Shown piece by piece: positions 29,280-37,686 of a stretch of 64,000 nt of DNA (position 1 is the stretch's first letter; each line of letters begins with the position of its first letter). Position numbers and translations under genes: made by a program. The notes under the pieces are model-generated. The model was not told the DNA's origin. It was given only the letters and a program-made list of their open reading frames with translations, and made no database searches. The stretch lies in IMG/VR virus record IMGVR_UViG_3300010370_000025, one strand, 5' to 3'. This DNA comes from a virus. Taxonomy: Duplodnaviria > Heunggongvirae > Uroviricota > Caudoviricetes.

Positions 29280-29508
29280 ATCCCCAATTCTTGAACATAC
29301 CAGCTTTCTCGTTATCTTCCCAGCCAGCTCGATATGCTTCTATTTCTTCTTCAGTCATATCTTCATAACCTACACGTTCACTAGAATAAGTTCCATCCTT
29401 ATAATAGTGAGGATTAAAAGTACGACCATAGTATGAATCAGCACCGCCTCTATCAAAAGGGCCACCATGCCTAGTATCATACTTCTTCTCATTAAGCGTA
29501 TCGGACAT
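29278..29508 (-). CDS. Hypothetical protein
   Basis: Real ATG on the minus strand. Part of a three-gene minus-strand block. Confidence 0.4.
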   Translation of the reverse strand: MSDTLNEKKYDTRHGGPFDRGGADSYYGRTFNPHYYKDGTYSSERVGYEDMTEEEIEAYRAGWEDNEKAGMFKNWG

Positions 29509-29656
29509 AATTTTTCTTTCCTACATATTCCATTACGAAAGTTGAAGAGCCATCAGGCCACTTTCTTTCTTTAACAATTACCCAGCCGCGACGTTGAAGG
29601 TCGCGAAGCTTACGATTTGCATAAGCAGGTTGTCCAGAAAAAACCATATTATTCAT
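29492..29656 (-). CDS. Small basic hypothetical protein (possible DNA-binding; 'RKLRDLQRRGWVIVKER')
   Basis: First ATG on the minus strand at 29656. The track ORF extends upstream with TTG. Confidence 0.3.
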   Translation of the reverse strand: MNNMVFSGQPAYANRKLRDLQRRGWVIVKERKWPDGSSTFVMEYVGKKNYVRYA

Positions 29657-29657
29657 A

Positions 29658-29939
29658 TTACATGCTCCAGTAGGTTTGAGAAGAAGGATCACAGCAGAGA
29701 GGAGTATTAGCAAGAATCTCAATATCCTTACCAGACATAAGATTCTTGACTACTTTTGTACGAGTCTCTTCTTTATGCTGAGCTTTAGCTTTCTTAAGAT
29801 GCAGCTTAGCATTAGGAAGCTTAAGACCTTTAACGTGGCAGAGCTCTGAGAGAATCATCTCATCAGCTTCTCCATTACGCAGCATATTCATTACAAAAGC
29901 GCGAACCGTACCCTTAGCGTTCTTCATTTCTATCTCCAT
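29658..29939 (-). CDS. Hypothetical protein
   Basis: Real ATG at 29939. It is divergent from the repeat-containing promoter region. Confidence 0.4.
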   Translation of the reverse strand: MEIEMKNAKGTVRAFVMNMLRNGEADEMILSELCHVKGLKLPNAKLHLKKAKAQHKEETRTKVVKNLMSGKDIEILANTPLCCDPSSQTYWSM

Positions 29940-30010
29940 TCCTTATATTATTATAATCGTCTATTTTCGAATTAATTGCAACTGTTTTTTTCCTAAAAAC
30001 GCACTTTTTT

Positions 30011-30081
30011 AACCTATTGAAATCATTGAGTTTTTAACCTATTGATATCATTGGAGAAAATAACTCATTGAAATCATTGAG
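30011..30081. promoter_or_regulatory. Three direct ~20-bp repeats 'AACCTATTGA(A/T)ATCATTG(A/G)AG' in a divergent intergenic region (putative early promoter or operator array)
   Basis: Copies at 30011-30030, 30036-30056 and 30063-30081. A related motif occurs again at 47812-47860. Confidence 0.5.
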
Positions 30082-30139
30082 TTTTTTATCTGTAGATTTA
30101 ATTAAAAAACGAGCATATTATATAAAAAATGAGGGAAAT

Positions 30140-30496
30140 ATGCGAGTTAAAGTAAAAAATCCTTTCTATGGTCCTATATGGCCTTTTCAACCCGAATTCT
30201 ATTACCATGAAGGAGAAGTGGTTGCTACTCCTAAATGGATAGACTATCCTGCAATATCTCTTACGACAGGCCAAAAGCAGTTTCCTGTACGTATAGTACC
30301 TAAAGCATGGATTGTTGAGATAGATGGTGAAGAGAATATACATGTAGAAAAAAATCCTGTAGAACGCACCTTTACAGTTGCCGGCTCTAAAGGAAATAGC
30401 TATACTGTCACTGTGGGCCCGAAAGTAAAGACATGTACATGTCAAGGGTTTCAATTCCGTCATACATGTAAACATATAGCACAGATTGCTGCATGA
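30140..30496 (+). CDS. Small SWIM-type zinc-finger protein
   Basis: The C-terminal 'CTCQGFQFRHTCKH' fits CxCxnCxH. The ATG at 30140 has a GAGGGAAA RBS. Confidence 0.45.
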   Translation: MRVKVKNPFYGPIWPFQPEFYYHEGEVVATPKWIDYPAISLTTGQKQFPVRIVPKAWIVEIDGEENIHVEKNPVERTFTVAGSKGNSYTVTVGPKVKTCTCQGFQFRHTCKHIAQIAA

Positions 30497-30849
30497 GTAT
30501 AGATTCTTTTATGGAATCAACAACTACTGAGACTTTAGAGTCTTGGGGTAATGTTTTTGAACAGGAGAGACGTAATAGAATACGTCTCTCTATAGCTGCA
30601 TATGCGTATGAGTTCTGCAATGAATCTATTATGAGTGACAGCGATTATGATTCACTTAGCTTGAAAATTAATCCTATCCAGCCTACTGTTGACCCCTCTA
30701 TATGGTGTCAAGAGCAAATTAGTAGGTATAAGAAGCTTGATGAGTTCTTTAGTAAACAATTCTCACCAGACACAGGTCAATGGATTCATAAACATCCAGA
30801 ATTGGATATTGTAGCTTGGTGTTATAACAAATATTATAAAAAGAGGTAA
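30493..30849 (+). CDS. Hypothetical protein
   Basis: ORF with ATGA overlap. Confidence 0.4.
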   Translation: MSIDSFMESTTTETLESWGNVFEQERRNRIRLSIAAYAYEFCNESIMSDSDYDSLSLKINPIQPTVDPSIWCQEQISRYKKLDEFFSKQFSPDTGQWIHKHPELDIVAWCYNKYYKKR

Positions 30850-30853
30850 TGAG

Positions 30854-31537
30854 ATGGCTCTTACGAGACTCGTAGGTGATATTCATGGAAATTTTAATGA
30901 ATACAAATATTATGAACTGGGTGTAGGACGTCCTCGTCATGTAATTGAGGAGGCACCCCCAAGTCGTTCAATTCAAATAGGAGATTTTGGTATCGGTTTT
31001 GGTCAAAGTGATTATTGGGTTGAACAAGTAAATATATTGCATAGCACAGGCGAGCATCGTTTCATTCGTGGTAATCATGATAATCCTTCTATGTGTAAGA
31101 AGGATATGACCGGCTACATTAAAGACGGTACAGTAGAAAATAATGTTATGTTTATCGGTGGCGCATGGTCAATTGATAATCCTAATGCTCCTCCTGGTTG
31201 GTATAGACGTACAGTAGGAGTTGATTGGTGGGAGGATGAACAGTGTTCTCTTGAAGAGTTTGAAAGGTTCATTGATATCTATTCTACCATTAAACCTCGT
31301 GTTATGATTACACATGATTGTCCTCATAATATTGCAGGTGAGATGTTCTGGAACAGTGGCTTTATTAAAGGCCCGCGCTATAATAGTATTACAGCTGATG
31401 CGTTTCAGACCATGTTTGAAATTCATCAACCTGATGAATGGTACTTTGGACATTGGCACAAAACAATGTCTTACAAGTCTGGGCGTACTATGTTCCAGTG
31501 TATTGGTGAACTTGAACACATCGACGTAGAACTTTAA
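30854..31537 (+). CDS. Calcineurin-like metallophosphoesterase
   Basis: Motifs GDIHG, GDFG and GNHD. Confidence 0.7.
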   Translation: MALTRLVGDIHGNFNEYKYYELGVGRPRHVIEEAPPSRSIQIGDFGIGFGQSDYWVEQVNILHSTGEHRFIRGNHDNPSMCKKDMTGYIKDGTVENNVMFIGGAWSIDNPNAPPGWYRRTVGVDWWEDEQCSLEEFERFIDIYSTIKPRVMITHDCPHNIAGEMFWNSGFIKGPRYNSITADAFQTMFEIHQPDEWYFGHWHKTMSYKSGRTMFQCIGELEHIDVEL

Positions 31538-31549
31538 TTGGAGAAATAA

Positions 31550-32455
31550 ATGTCATATTCTGAATATGAGAAGCGTGAAGCAGCTGCTATGGCTGCTAAG
31601 GTAAAGACAGTTAAGCGCGCAGTTATGGGTGGTGTAGCGGGGCTTTTCGGTCTTGGTATTCTCCTTGGATCATGGTATACAGTAGATCAAGGTGAGCGAG
31701 GAGTTATCCTCCGTAACGGTGCTGTAGTAGGTACTGCGGAACCAGGTCTTGGGTTTAAAGTACCTTTTATTGACCGTGTTGTCGATATTAACGTGCAAAC
31801 TCAAGCTCAGTTGTATGAGAATATTTTAGCGTATTCTCGAGATCAACAAACTGCTGGTCTTAATATTTCTGTTAACTACCGTCTTCCTGCTGATAAAGTA
31901 GAAGATATTTATTCTAACTTTGGAGGACAGGCTGGGCTAGTTACTCGTTTGCTTGATCGACAGGTACTAGAAGAAGTAAAGAATGTCTTCGGTCAATTTA
32001 ATGCAGTTACTTCTATTCAAGAACGCTCTCGCTTGACAGCAGAAGTTCAAATGGCAGTACAAAAGGCAGTTATCGGACCTGTTGTTATTGAGTCAGTTCA
32101 AATTGAAAATATTGACTTCTCTGATACTTATGAGAATTCAATTGAACAGCGAATGGTTGCAGAAGTAGAAGTGCAGAAAGTCCGTCAAAATGCTGAACGT
32201 GAAAAAGTTCAAGCAGAAATTAAGGTAATTCAAGCACAAGCAGCTGCTGATTCTCAGATTGCAGCGGCTAAGGCAGAAGCAGAGGCTATTAGTCTTCGCG
32301 GTAATGCTGAAGCAGAGGCAATTCGAGTAAAGGGTGCTGCACTTCGTGATAACCCTTCATTGATTGGGCTTGTACAGGCTGAGCGTTGGAATGGTGCTCT
32401 TCCTACTACTATGCTTCCTAACTCAACTGTACCTTTTATGGAAATGAAGAAGTAA
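31550..32455 (+). CDS. SPFH/band-7 (prohibitin/HflK/C-like) membrane protein
   Basis: N-terminal TM segment followed by an SPFH core ('YTVDQGERGVI..'), then an Ala/Glu/Gln-rich coiled-coil C-terminus. Confidence 0.8.
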   Translation: MSYSEYEKREAAAMAAKVKTVKRAVMGGVAGLFGLGILLGSWYTVDQGERGVILRNGAVVGTAEPGLGFKVPFIDRVVDINVQTQAQLYENILAYSRDQQTAGLNISVNYRLPADKVEDIYSNFGGQAGLVTRLLDRQVLEEVKNVFGQFNAVTSIQERSRLTAEVQMAVQKAVIGPVVIESVQIENIDFSDTYENSIEQRMVAEVEVQKVRQNAEREKVQAEIKVIQAQAAADSQIAAAKAEAEAISLRGNAEAEAIRVKGAALRDNPSLIGLVQAERWNGALPTTMLPNSTVPFMEMKK

Positions 32456-32456
32456 A

Positions 32457-33002
32457 ATGGCAAGAAATATCTGGGTCATCTCAGATACTCATTTTAATCA
32501 CACTAATATCTTAAACTTTAAATTAGATGATGGTGTGACACCAGTTCGTCCAGGCTTTAATAGTCTGGACGAAATGAATGAGCATATGATAGAAAAATGG
32601 AATGAGCTAGTTAAACCTGGTGATATTGTTTATCATTTGGGTGATGTTGTGTTTGGTCTTAATAAAGAGGCATGGCTCGATAAGCATATGAAAAGGCTTA
32701 TGGGTAAAAAGCGTCTTATTTTTGGTAACCATGATGATCCTAAAAATTTCGTAGATAAAGGACATTTTGGTAAGACTATGTTGTGGAGAATGTTTCCAGA
32801 ATTTAATATACTTCTTACACATGTACCAGTGCATCCTAGTACGCTGGGTGAACATAGGTTTGATGGTAAACGTATGTTGAATGTTCACGGTCATATTCAT
32901 CATAATAAATCACCTGAAGGTCCTTATAAATGTGTTTGTGTTGAACATACAGATTATAAGCCAGTTAATATAGAAGATCTTGCTAAAATAGCTAGAGGCT
33001 AA
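32457..33002 (+). CDS. Calcineurin-like metallophosphoesterase (second copy)
   Basis: Motifs SDTHFNH, GDVVFG, GNHDD and HGHIHH. Confidence 0.75.
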   Translation: MARNIWVISDTHFNHTNILNFKLDDGVTPVRPGFNSLDEMNEHMIEKWNELVKPGDIVYHLGDVVFGLNKEAWLDKHMKRLMGKKRLIFGNHDDPKNFVDKGHFGKTMLWRMFPEFNILLTHVPVHPSTLGEHRFDGKRMLNVHGHIHHNKSPEGPYKCVCVEHTDYKPVNIEDLAKIARG

Positions 33003-33006
33003 TAAA

Positions 33007-33165
33007 ATGGTTAAGAATATTCGCGACTATCTATTGTGTCTTATATTAGGTGCAATTCTTAGTTTAGGTGTATTTTATGCATTTGTACCAGAAGCGCTTG
33101 GTAAGTGGCTTCAGAGGGTAGATAATGCTAGATTTTATAATCAAACATCTCTGGAGTTAGAATGA
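33007..33165 (+). CDS. Small predicted membrane protein (52 aa), missed by the ORF track
   Basis: ATG at 33007, a hydrophobic core 'LLCLILGAILSLGVFYAFV', and an ATGA overlap with the next gene. Confidence 0.35.
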   Translation: MVKNIRDYLLCLILGAILSLGVFYAFVPEALGKWLQRVDNARFYNQTSLELE

Positions 33166-33551
33166 GAGTATTAGTATTAACAATATGTGTTATGTTGGCA
33201 GGATGCGCATCTACAAAGTATAATCAAGTAGATGCGCATCCTGATCCAGCACTTATAGAAATTTATAATCATGCACAAAATGAGTCAATGTGCAATGATG
33301 TAAAAGTAATTGCTGATAGTTCAGTTATTATGTTAGATAATGCTGCGTTTATTGCATCTAATGATGAATATAGTCAGCTTAAAGATGAAACTCATAATCT
33401 AGGTAATACTATTAGTAATCTTCTTTATGATGCAAGATATGGTAGAATTAATGAAAAGATTTGCAAAGGCTATCTTGATTTAATTTCTAATATAATCGAA
33501 GATCTTATTATAAAGAGAGAGCTAGTATTCGATGAACATCTTTTATCTTGA
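33162..33551 (+). CDS. Putative lipoprotein
   Basis: Signal peptide with a lipobox 'VMLAGCAST'. Confidence 0.55.
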   Translation: MRVLVLTICVMLAGCASTKYNQVDAHPDPALIEIYNHAQNESMCNDVKVIADSSVIMLDNAAFIASNDEYSQLKDETHNLGNTISNLLYDARYGRINEKICKGYLDLISNIIEDLIIKRELVFDEHLLS

Positions 33552-34098
33552 TAAAGATCCTGTAACTGCAGCTCAAATGCAGTGCGATAAACATGTTGTA
33601 AAAATGGTAGTAGAGTCAGCTCAAATGCTCTCTACTACTCATCGCATGATTGATGGTGTACAAGAACGCCGCAAATCTATTTCAGGTAAGACTATGTCAA
33701 AGTATTTTATGCTTCCTGATGAACGAGAAAATGTTTTGTATAGAGCAGTACATATGAAGCATCCTTGTACTATATGGACTGGGCAGTCTAATAATAATTA
33801 TAATTGGCATTATGTGCATTGGAAAGCTCTATGCAGCGAGTATTCATACCGCTATGGTAAAAAACATAACTCGGAAGAACTGCTAGATAAATATCTATAT
33901 AACCCTCCTAAAAATATTGAAGTTGGTTATAAAACTTCTCTTCCACTCGCGATGGGTAATTCACCTGAGTGTATTGATTATAATGACCCTGTTGGTTCTT
34001 ATAGAAAGTTTTATATGAAGAAGCAGAATAATTTTAACATGGTATGGACAAAACGTGAAATGCCTTCATGGTTTGTAAAGGTAAATAATGCAAATTGA
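33532..34098 (+). CDS. Conserved hypothetical protein
   Basis: ORF only. Confidence 0.4.
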   Translation: MNIFYLDKDPVTAAQMQCDKHVVKMVVESAQMLSTTHRMIDGVQERRKSISGKTMSKYFMLPDERENVLYRAVHMKHPCTIWTGQSNNNYNWHYVHWKALCSEYSYRYGKKHNSEELLDKYLYNPPKNIEVGYKTSLPLAMGNSPECIDYNDPVGSYRKFYMKKQNNFNMVWTKREMPSWFVKVNNAN

Positions 34099-35224
34099 TA
34101 ATGATGTTAAACTTGACTTTAAAGATGTTTTACTTAGACCTAAACGATCTACACTAGGAAGTAGAAAAGAAGTAGATCTACTTCGTAAGTTTACTTTTAA
34201 AAATTATACTCCTGATTTTCCTGACAATATAGAAGAATATCACTATCATGGCTTACCTATTATGGCAGCCAATATGGATGGTGTTGGAACTTTTACTATG
34301 GCAGAAAAATTAGCTAAGTTTGAGATGTTTACTTGCTTAGCAAAAAATTATTCACTAGAAGATCTTCAAGAGTGGATTTTTACTATTGGATACAGTATTA
34401 ATAACTACTGGGCTTATAGTATGGGTATAAGTGAATCTGATCTTGATAAATTTAATTTAGTTTATAAAATAACAAGTGATCCTGATGGTCATAATAATTC
34501 TATCAAGCATGTCTGCATTGACGTTGCTAATGGATACTCAGAACGTTTTGTTGACTTTGTAAAAAATTTTCGTATTCAATACCCACATCTTGTTATTATT
34601 GCAGGTAATGTTGTTACTCGTGAAATGACTGAGGAGTTGATTCTCAATGGAGCTGATATCGTTAAAGTTGGTATTGGTCCTGGTTCTGTTTGTACTACTC
34701 GGATTAAAACTGGTGTTGGATATCCGCAGCTCTCCGCGATTATCGAATGCGCCGACGCTGCCCATGGTCTTGGTGGACATATTATCGCTGACGGTGGTTG
34801 TACTAGTCCTGGTGATGTAGCAAAAGCATTTGCAGCTGGTGCTGACTTTGTAATGCTTGGTGGTATGCTTGCCGGGCATGATGAGGGCGGCGGTGAAAAA
34901 CATCATATATGGAAAAAGAATGGTTATTGCACCGATGAAGGTGATGATATTTTAATTACAGAGACTGTAGTTAAATTCTACGGGATGAGCTCTAAAGCAG
35001 CTAATGATAAGCACTTTGGTGGACTTAAAGACTATAGAGCATCTGAAGGTAGAGAGGTACTGATTCCCTATAAAGGAGCAGTTAGTGAGACAGTACAAGA
35101 TATTTTAGGCGGTCTAAGATCTTCTTGTACGTATGTTGGAGCTTCTAAGTTGAAGTATTTAAGCAAATGTACTACATTTGTCAAAGTTAACCAACAATAT
35201 AATAATATATTTGAAAGGAACTAA
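34088..35224 (+). CDS. guaC: GMP reductase (GuaC) with a ~35-aa insertion
   Basis: Near-colinear match to bacterial GuaC ('[11 protein letters not shown]', '[43 protein letters not shown]'). Confidence 0.85.
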   Translation: MQIDNDVKLDFKDVLLRPKRSTLGSRKEVDLLRKFTFKNYTPDFPDNIEEYHYHGLPIMAANMDGVGTFTMAEKLAKFEMFTCLAKNYSLEDLQEWIFTIGYSINNYWAYSMGISESDLDKFNLVYKITSDPDGHNNSIKHVCIDVANGYSERFVDFVKNFRIQYPHLVIIAGNVVTREMTEELILNGADIVKVGIGPGSVCTTRIKTGVGYPQLSAIIECADAAHGLGGHIIADGGCTSPGDVAKAFAAGADFVMLGGMLAGHDEGGGEKHHIWKKNGYCTDEGDDILITETVVKFYGMSSKAANDKHFGGLKDYRASEGREVLIPYKGAVSETVQDILGGLRSSCTYVGASKLKYLSKCTTFVKVNQQYNNIFERN

Positions 35225-35225
35225 T

Positions 35226-35804
35226 ATGATTGATTTTAATCAGGTTGACAAGAGTCTTGCTATTAAGCTTATGCTCTTCCACGTCTTTATTATTGGTATT
35301 TCCAATTTTCTTGTACAGTTTCCAACTACATTTTTTGGACTAACTGTTACATACGCAATGTTTACTTTCCCGCTAGTACTCATTGCTACTGATCTTACAG
35401 TACGTTTAACTAATAAGCATAATGCAAGGTATGTTGTAGGTCTTGCATATATTCCTGCTATCGTTATTAGCGGGTTGATTGCTGACTGGCGTATTGGTCT
35501 TGCAAGCGCTACTGCTTACCTTGTTGGACAGCTTTTTGACGTTTCAGTCTTCCAACGTATTCGAGAGAAGTTTAGTTTCTGGTGGGCAGCTCCTCTTGCA
35601 AGCTCAGTATTTGCCAACGCAGTTGATACCTATGTATTCTTTGGTACTGCTTTCTACAATTCAGCAGATCCATTTATGGCAGAAAATTGGCTTACTATTG
35701 CTAATAATGATGTTGTGTTTAAGATTCTTATCTCTACACTCATCATCTTACCTATTTACGGTACTATTCTTAACTTCTTGCTTAAGAAGTTTAAGGAAGT
35801 ATAA
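35226..35804 (+). CDS. yhhQ: YhhQ/DUF165 family 7-deazaguanine precursor (preQ0/preQ1) transporter
   Basis: Multi-TM protein with YhhQ-like motifs ('VTYAMFTFPL..TDLT', 'YLVGQLFDV..FQ'). ATG at 35226. Confidence 0.7.
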   Translation: MIDFNQVDKSLAIKLMLFHVFIIGISNFLVQFPTTFFGLTVTYAMFTFPLVLIATDLTVRLTNKHNARYVVGLAYIPAIVISGLIADWRIGLASATAYLVGQLFDVSVFQRIREKFSFWWAAPLASSVFANAVDTYVFFGTAFYNSADPFMAENWLTIANNDVVFKILISTLIILPIYGTILNFLLKKFKEV

Positions 35805-35824
35805 TAATATACACTGTAAATTAA

Positions 35825-35860
35825 AAGAGGGGCTCACTGCCCCTCTTCCTTTGTTTTTTG
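35825..35860. terminator. Bidirectional terminator hairpin (AAGAGGGGC-TCACT-GCCCCTCTT + T-run) between convergent genes
   Basis: Stem and T-tract can be read directly. Confidence 0.65.
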
Positions 35861-36634
35861 TTCTGTAAAATACGGCTCATTATCTATCAAGCCCCAATTA
35901 TTATAATTTTCTCTTCCTAATAGATGATCCAACGTAACAGGAAGATCTTCATTATTACTTACATCTGAATAACTATATCTATCAAATAAATCATTGTTTG
36001 TTGCACCCACAGGCATTGAATTAAATGATAATATCTTTCTATAAGAATTAGTTCTGCTTAAGTTATTATGAGCTGTATGATGAGGTAACCATGCAGGGAA
36101 TATAACTAACGTGCCTTCTTCAAACGGCACTGTATACTCTATCATACTTGCATGAGGTCTTCTATCTTTTAACTTTGGCACAATAATATTGTGTTGAACG
36201 TTAGTGTTAAAAAATGTAGTACCTGCGCATTGTTCATTACCATCAAAATAAAATACCCCAGCTAGAAATGAATTATAATGTGTATGTCTGTGGTGATATC
36301 CGTTATTAGGATGCACCGTACCCCACATACCCGTTAAAGCAATATCAGGTTCAAATCCAATTGATTCCATTACTTCTTTAAGTGAATTAATAAAAAATTC
36401 TGAGTATGGTTTAAAAACTTCTTCTTTATGTAAATTTGAAGATGTAAAAAGTAAACTAGGTCTAGAAGTATATTTTCTAAAGTTTTCTTTATCTTTTAAA
36501 TACACTAATGCTTGTTCTTTAAAAGCATCATGTAGATCAAATTTTTTCCTAAAAATAGGAACACCAAAAATTTGACGCATTTGTAAAGGCTGATTTGATG
36601 GTTCACTCATTTTAACCTCATAATTAAACACCAT
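35834..36634 (-). CDS. 2OG-Fe(II) oxygenase superfamily protein
   Basis: His-rich motif 'HHRHTHYNSFLAGVFY' and 'LPHH' are typical of the cyanophage 2OG-Fe(II) oxygenase family. A paralog lies at 44276-44896. Confidence 0.65.
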   Translation of the reverse strand: MVFNYEVKMSEPSNQPLQMRQIFGVPIFRKKFDLHDAFKEQALVYLKDKENFRKYTSRPSLLFTSSNLHKEEVFKPYSEFFINSLKEVMESIGFEPDIALTGMWGTVHPNNGYHHRHTHYNSFLAGVFYFDGNEQCAGTTFFNTNVQHNIIVPKLKDRRPHASMIEYTVPFEEGTLVIFPAWLPHHTAHNNLSRTNSYRKILSFNSMPVGATNNDLFDRYSYSDVSNNEDLPVTLDHLLGRENYNNWGLIDNEPYFTEQKTKEEGQ

Positions 36635-36665
36635 ATATGATTATTTATCTTGTATTATTAAGCAA

Positions 36666-36673
36666 TATAAATA
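36666..36673 (+). promoter_or_regulatory. Late promoter TATAAATA
   Basis: Exact octamer upstream of 36696. Confidence 0.5.
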
Positions 36674-36695
36674 TAATAATATAGAGGAATATAAA

Positions 36696-37235
36696 ATGCC
36701 AGCATTAGAGAATCAATTAACAGATATAAATTTTCTTTCACCGTTAGGGTTTAAGTTTAGTCTTAAACGCTCTCCTGCGTTGAACTTCTTTGTAATTAAA
36801 GCTAGCGTTCCAAGTATTTCAATAGGCACAGCAAAACTACCTACTCCGTTTAAAGGTATACCTCTTATCGGTGATAGTATCGAATATGCAGATCTAGATA
36901 TAGTATTCAAGGTAGATGAAAATTTAGAAAATTATTTAGAAATTTATAATTGGATTACTAAAATTGTACGCCCTGAAAATTTTCAAGGCTACAAACAGTT
37001 AAGAGACGTATCAGGTGAGAACTATAAGCCAAATCTAGAAGGCACAGGTTTGTATTCAGATGGTACACTTACAATACTTAATAGCTCTATGATGGGCATA
37101 AAAAGCTTTCAATTTAGAAATATGTATCCTATAATGCTATCAGGTATGGAATTTAGTTCAGTTGACTCTGATGTTAATTATGTAAACGCTTCTGTAAAGT
37201 TTAGATATCAGCAGTTTGTAGTTGTTGATCCTTAA
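36696..37235 (+). CDS. gp19-family baseplate tail-tube protein (gp48/gp54-like)
   Basis: Matches the gp19-like pattern ('LPTPFKG..GDSIEY.DLD..FKVDE'). It sits adjacent to uvsY, as T4 baseplate genes do. Confidence 0.45.
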   Translation: MPALENQLTDINFLSPLGFKFSLKRSPALNFFVIKASVPSISIGTAKLPTPFKGIPLIGDSIEYADLDIVFKVDENLENYLEIYNWITKIVRPENFQGYKQLRDVSGENYKPNLEGTGLYSDGTLTILNSSMMGIKSFQFRNMYPIMLSGMEFSSVDSDVNYVNASVKFRYQQFVVVDP

Positions 37236-37251
37236 TTAAAAAGGCTTTGTT

Positions 37252-37686
37252 ATGAAACTTGATGAAATTTTAGAATGGTGGTCAGCAGATTGTAATGTTG
37301 ACCGCACTGAGCTTGGTGATGAATCGTTAAAGATTCCTAAGTTACATGCGAAATATCTAAGAGTATTTACTGAAGAGCGTCTCCTTCTCCGTAAAATGGA
37401 AGAAGAGCGAAAAGAGCTCTTTAAACTTAAGCATGATTATTATAGAGGCATTCTTCCAGAAGAAGATTTAAAAGCTAACGGATGGGATCCATTTCGTCTA
37501 TCTATTATTAAATCTGACGTTCCAATGTATTTGGAGGCAGATCAAGATGTAATTAAATTTAACCTTAGAATTGCTGTACAACAAGAGAAAGTCGATACGC
37601 TTGAGTCGATTATAAAATCGATAAGTAATAGGGGATACCTTATTAAAGCGGCGATCGATTATGAAAAGTTCAAGGTGGGTGCGTGA
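37252..37686 (+). CDS. uvsY: Recombination mediator UvsY
   Basis: Pattern shared with T4 UvsY ('YYRG', 'DV.KFNLRI', 'RGYLIKAAIDYEKF'). Confidence 0.65.
   Translation: MKLDEILEWWSADCNVDRTELGDESLKIPKLHAKYLRVFTEERLLLRKMEEERKELFKLKHDYYRGILPEEDLKANGWDPFRLSIIKSDVPMYLEADQDVIKFNLRIAVQQEKVDTLESIIKSISNRGYLIKAAIDYEKFKVGA

Noticed and set aside
28421-29368. Alternative-frame ORFs (130 and 122 aa) overlapping the major capsid gene
   Set aside because: gp23 is unambiguous. The overlapping frames have no start context.
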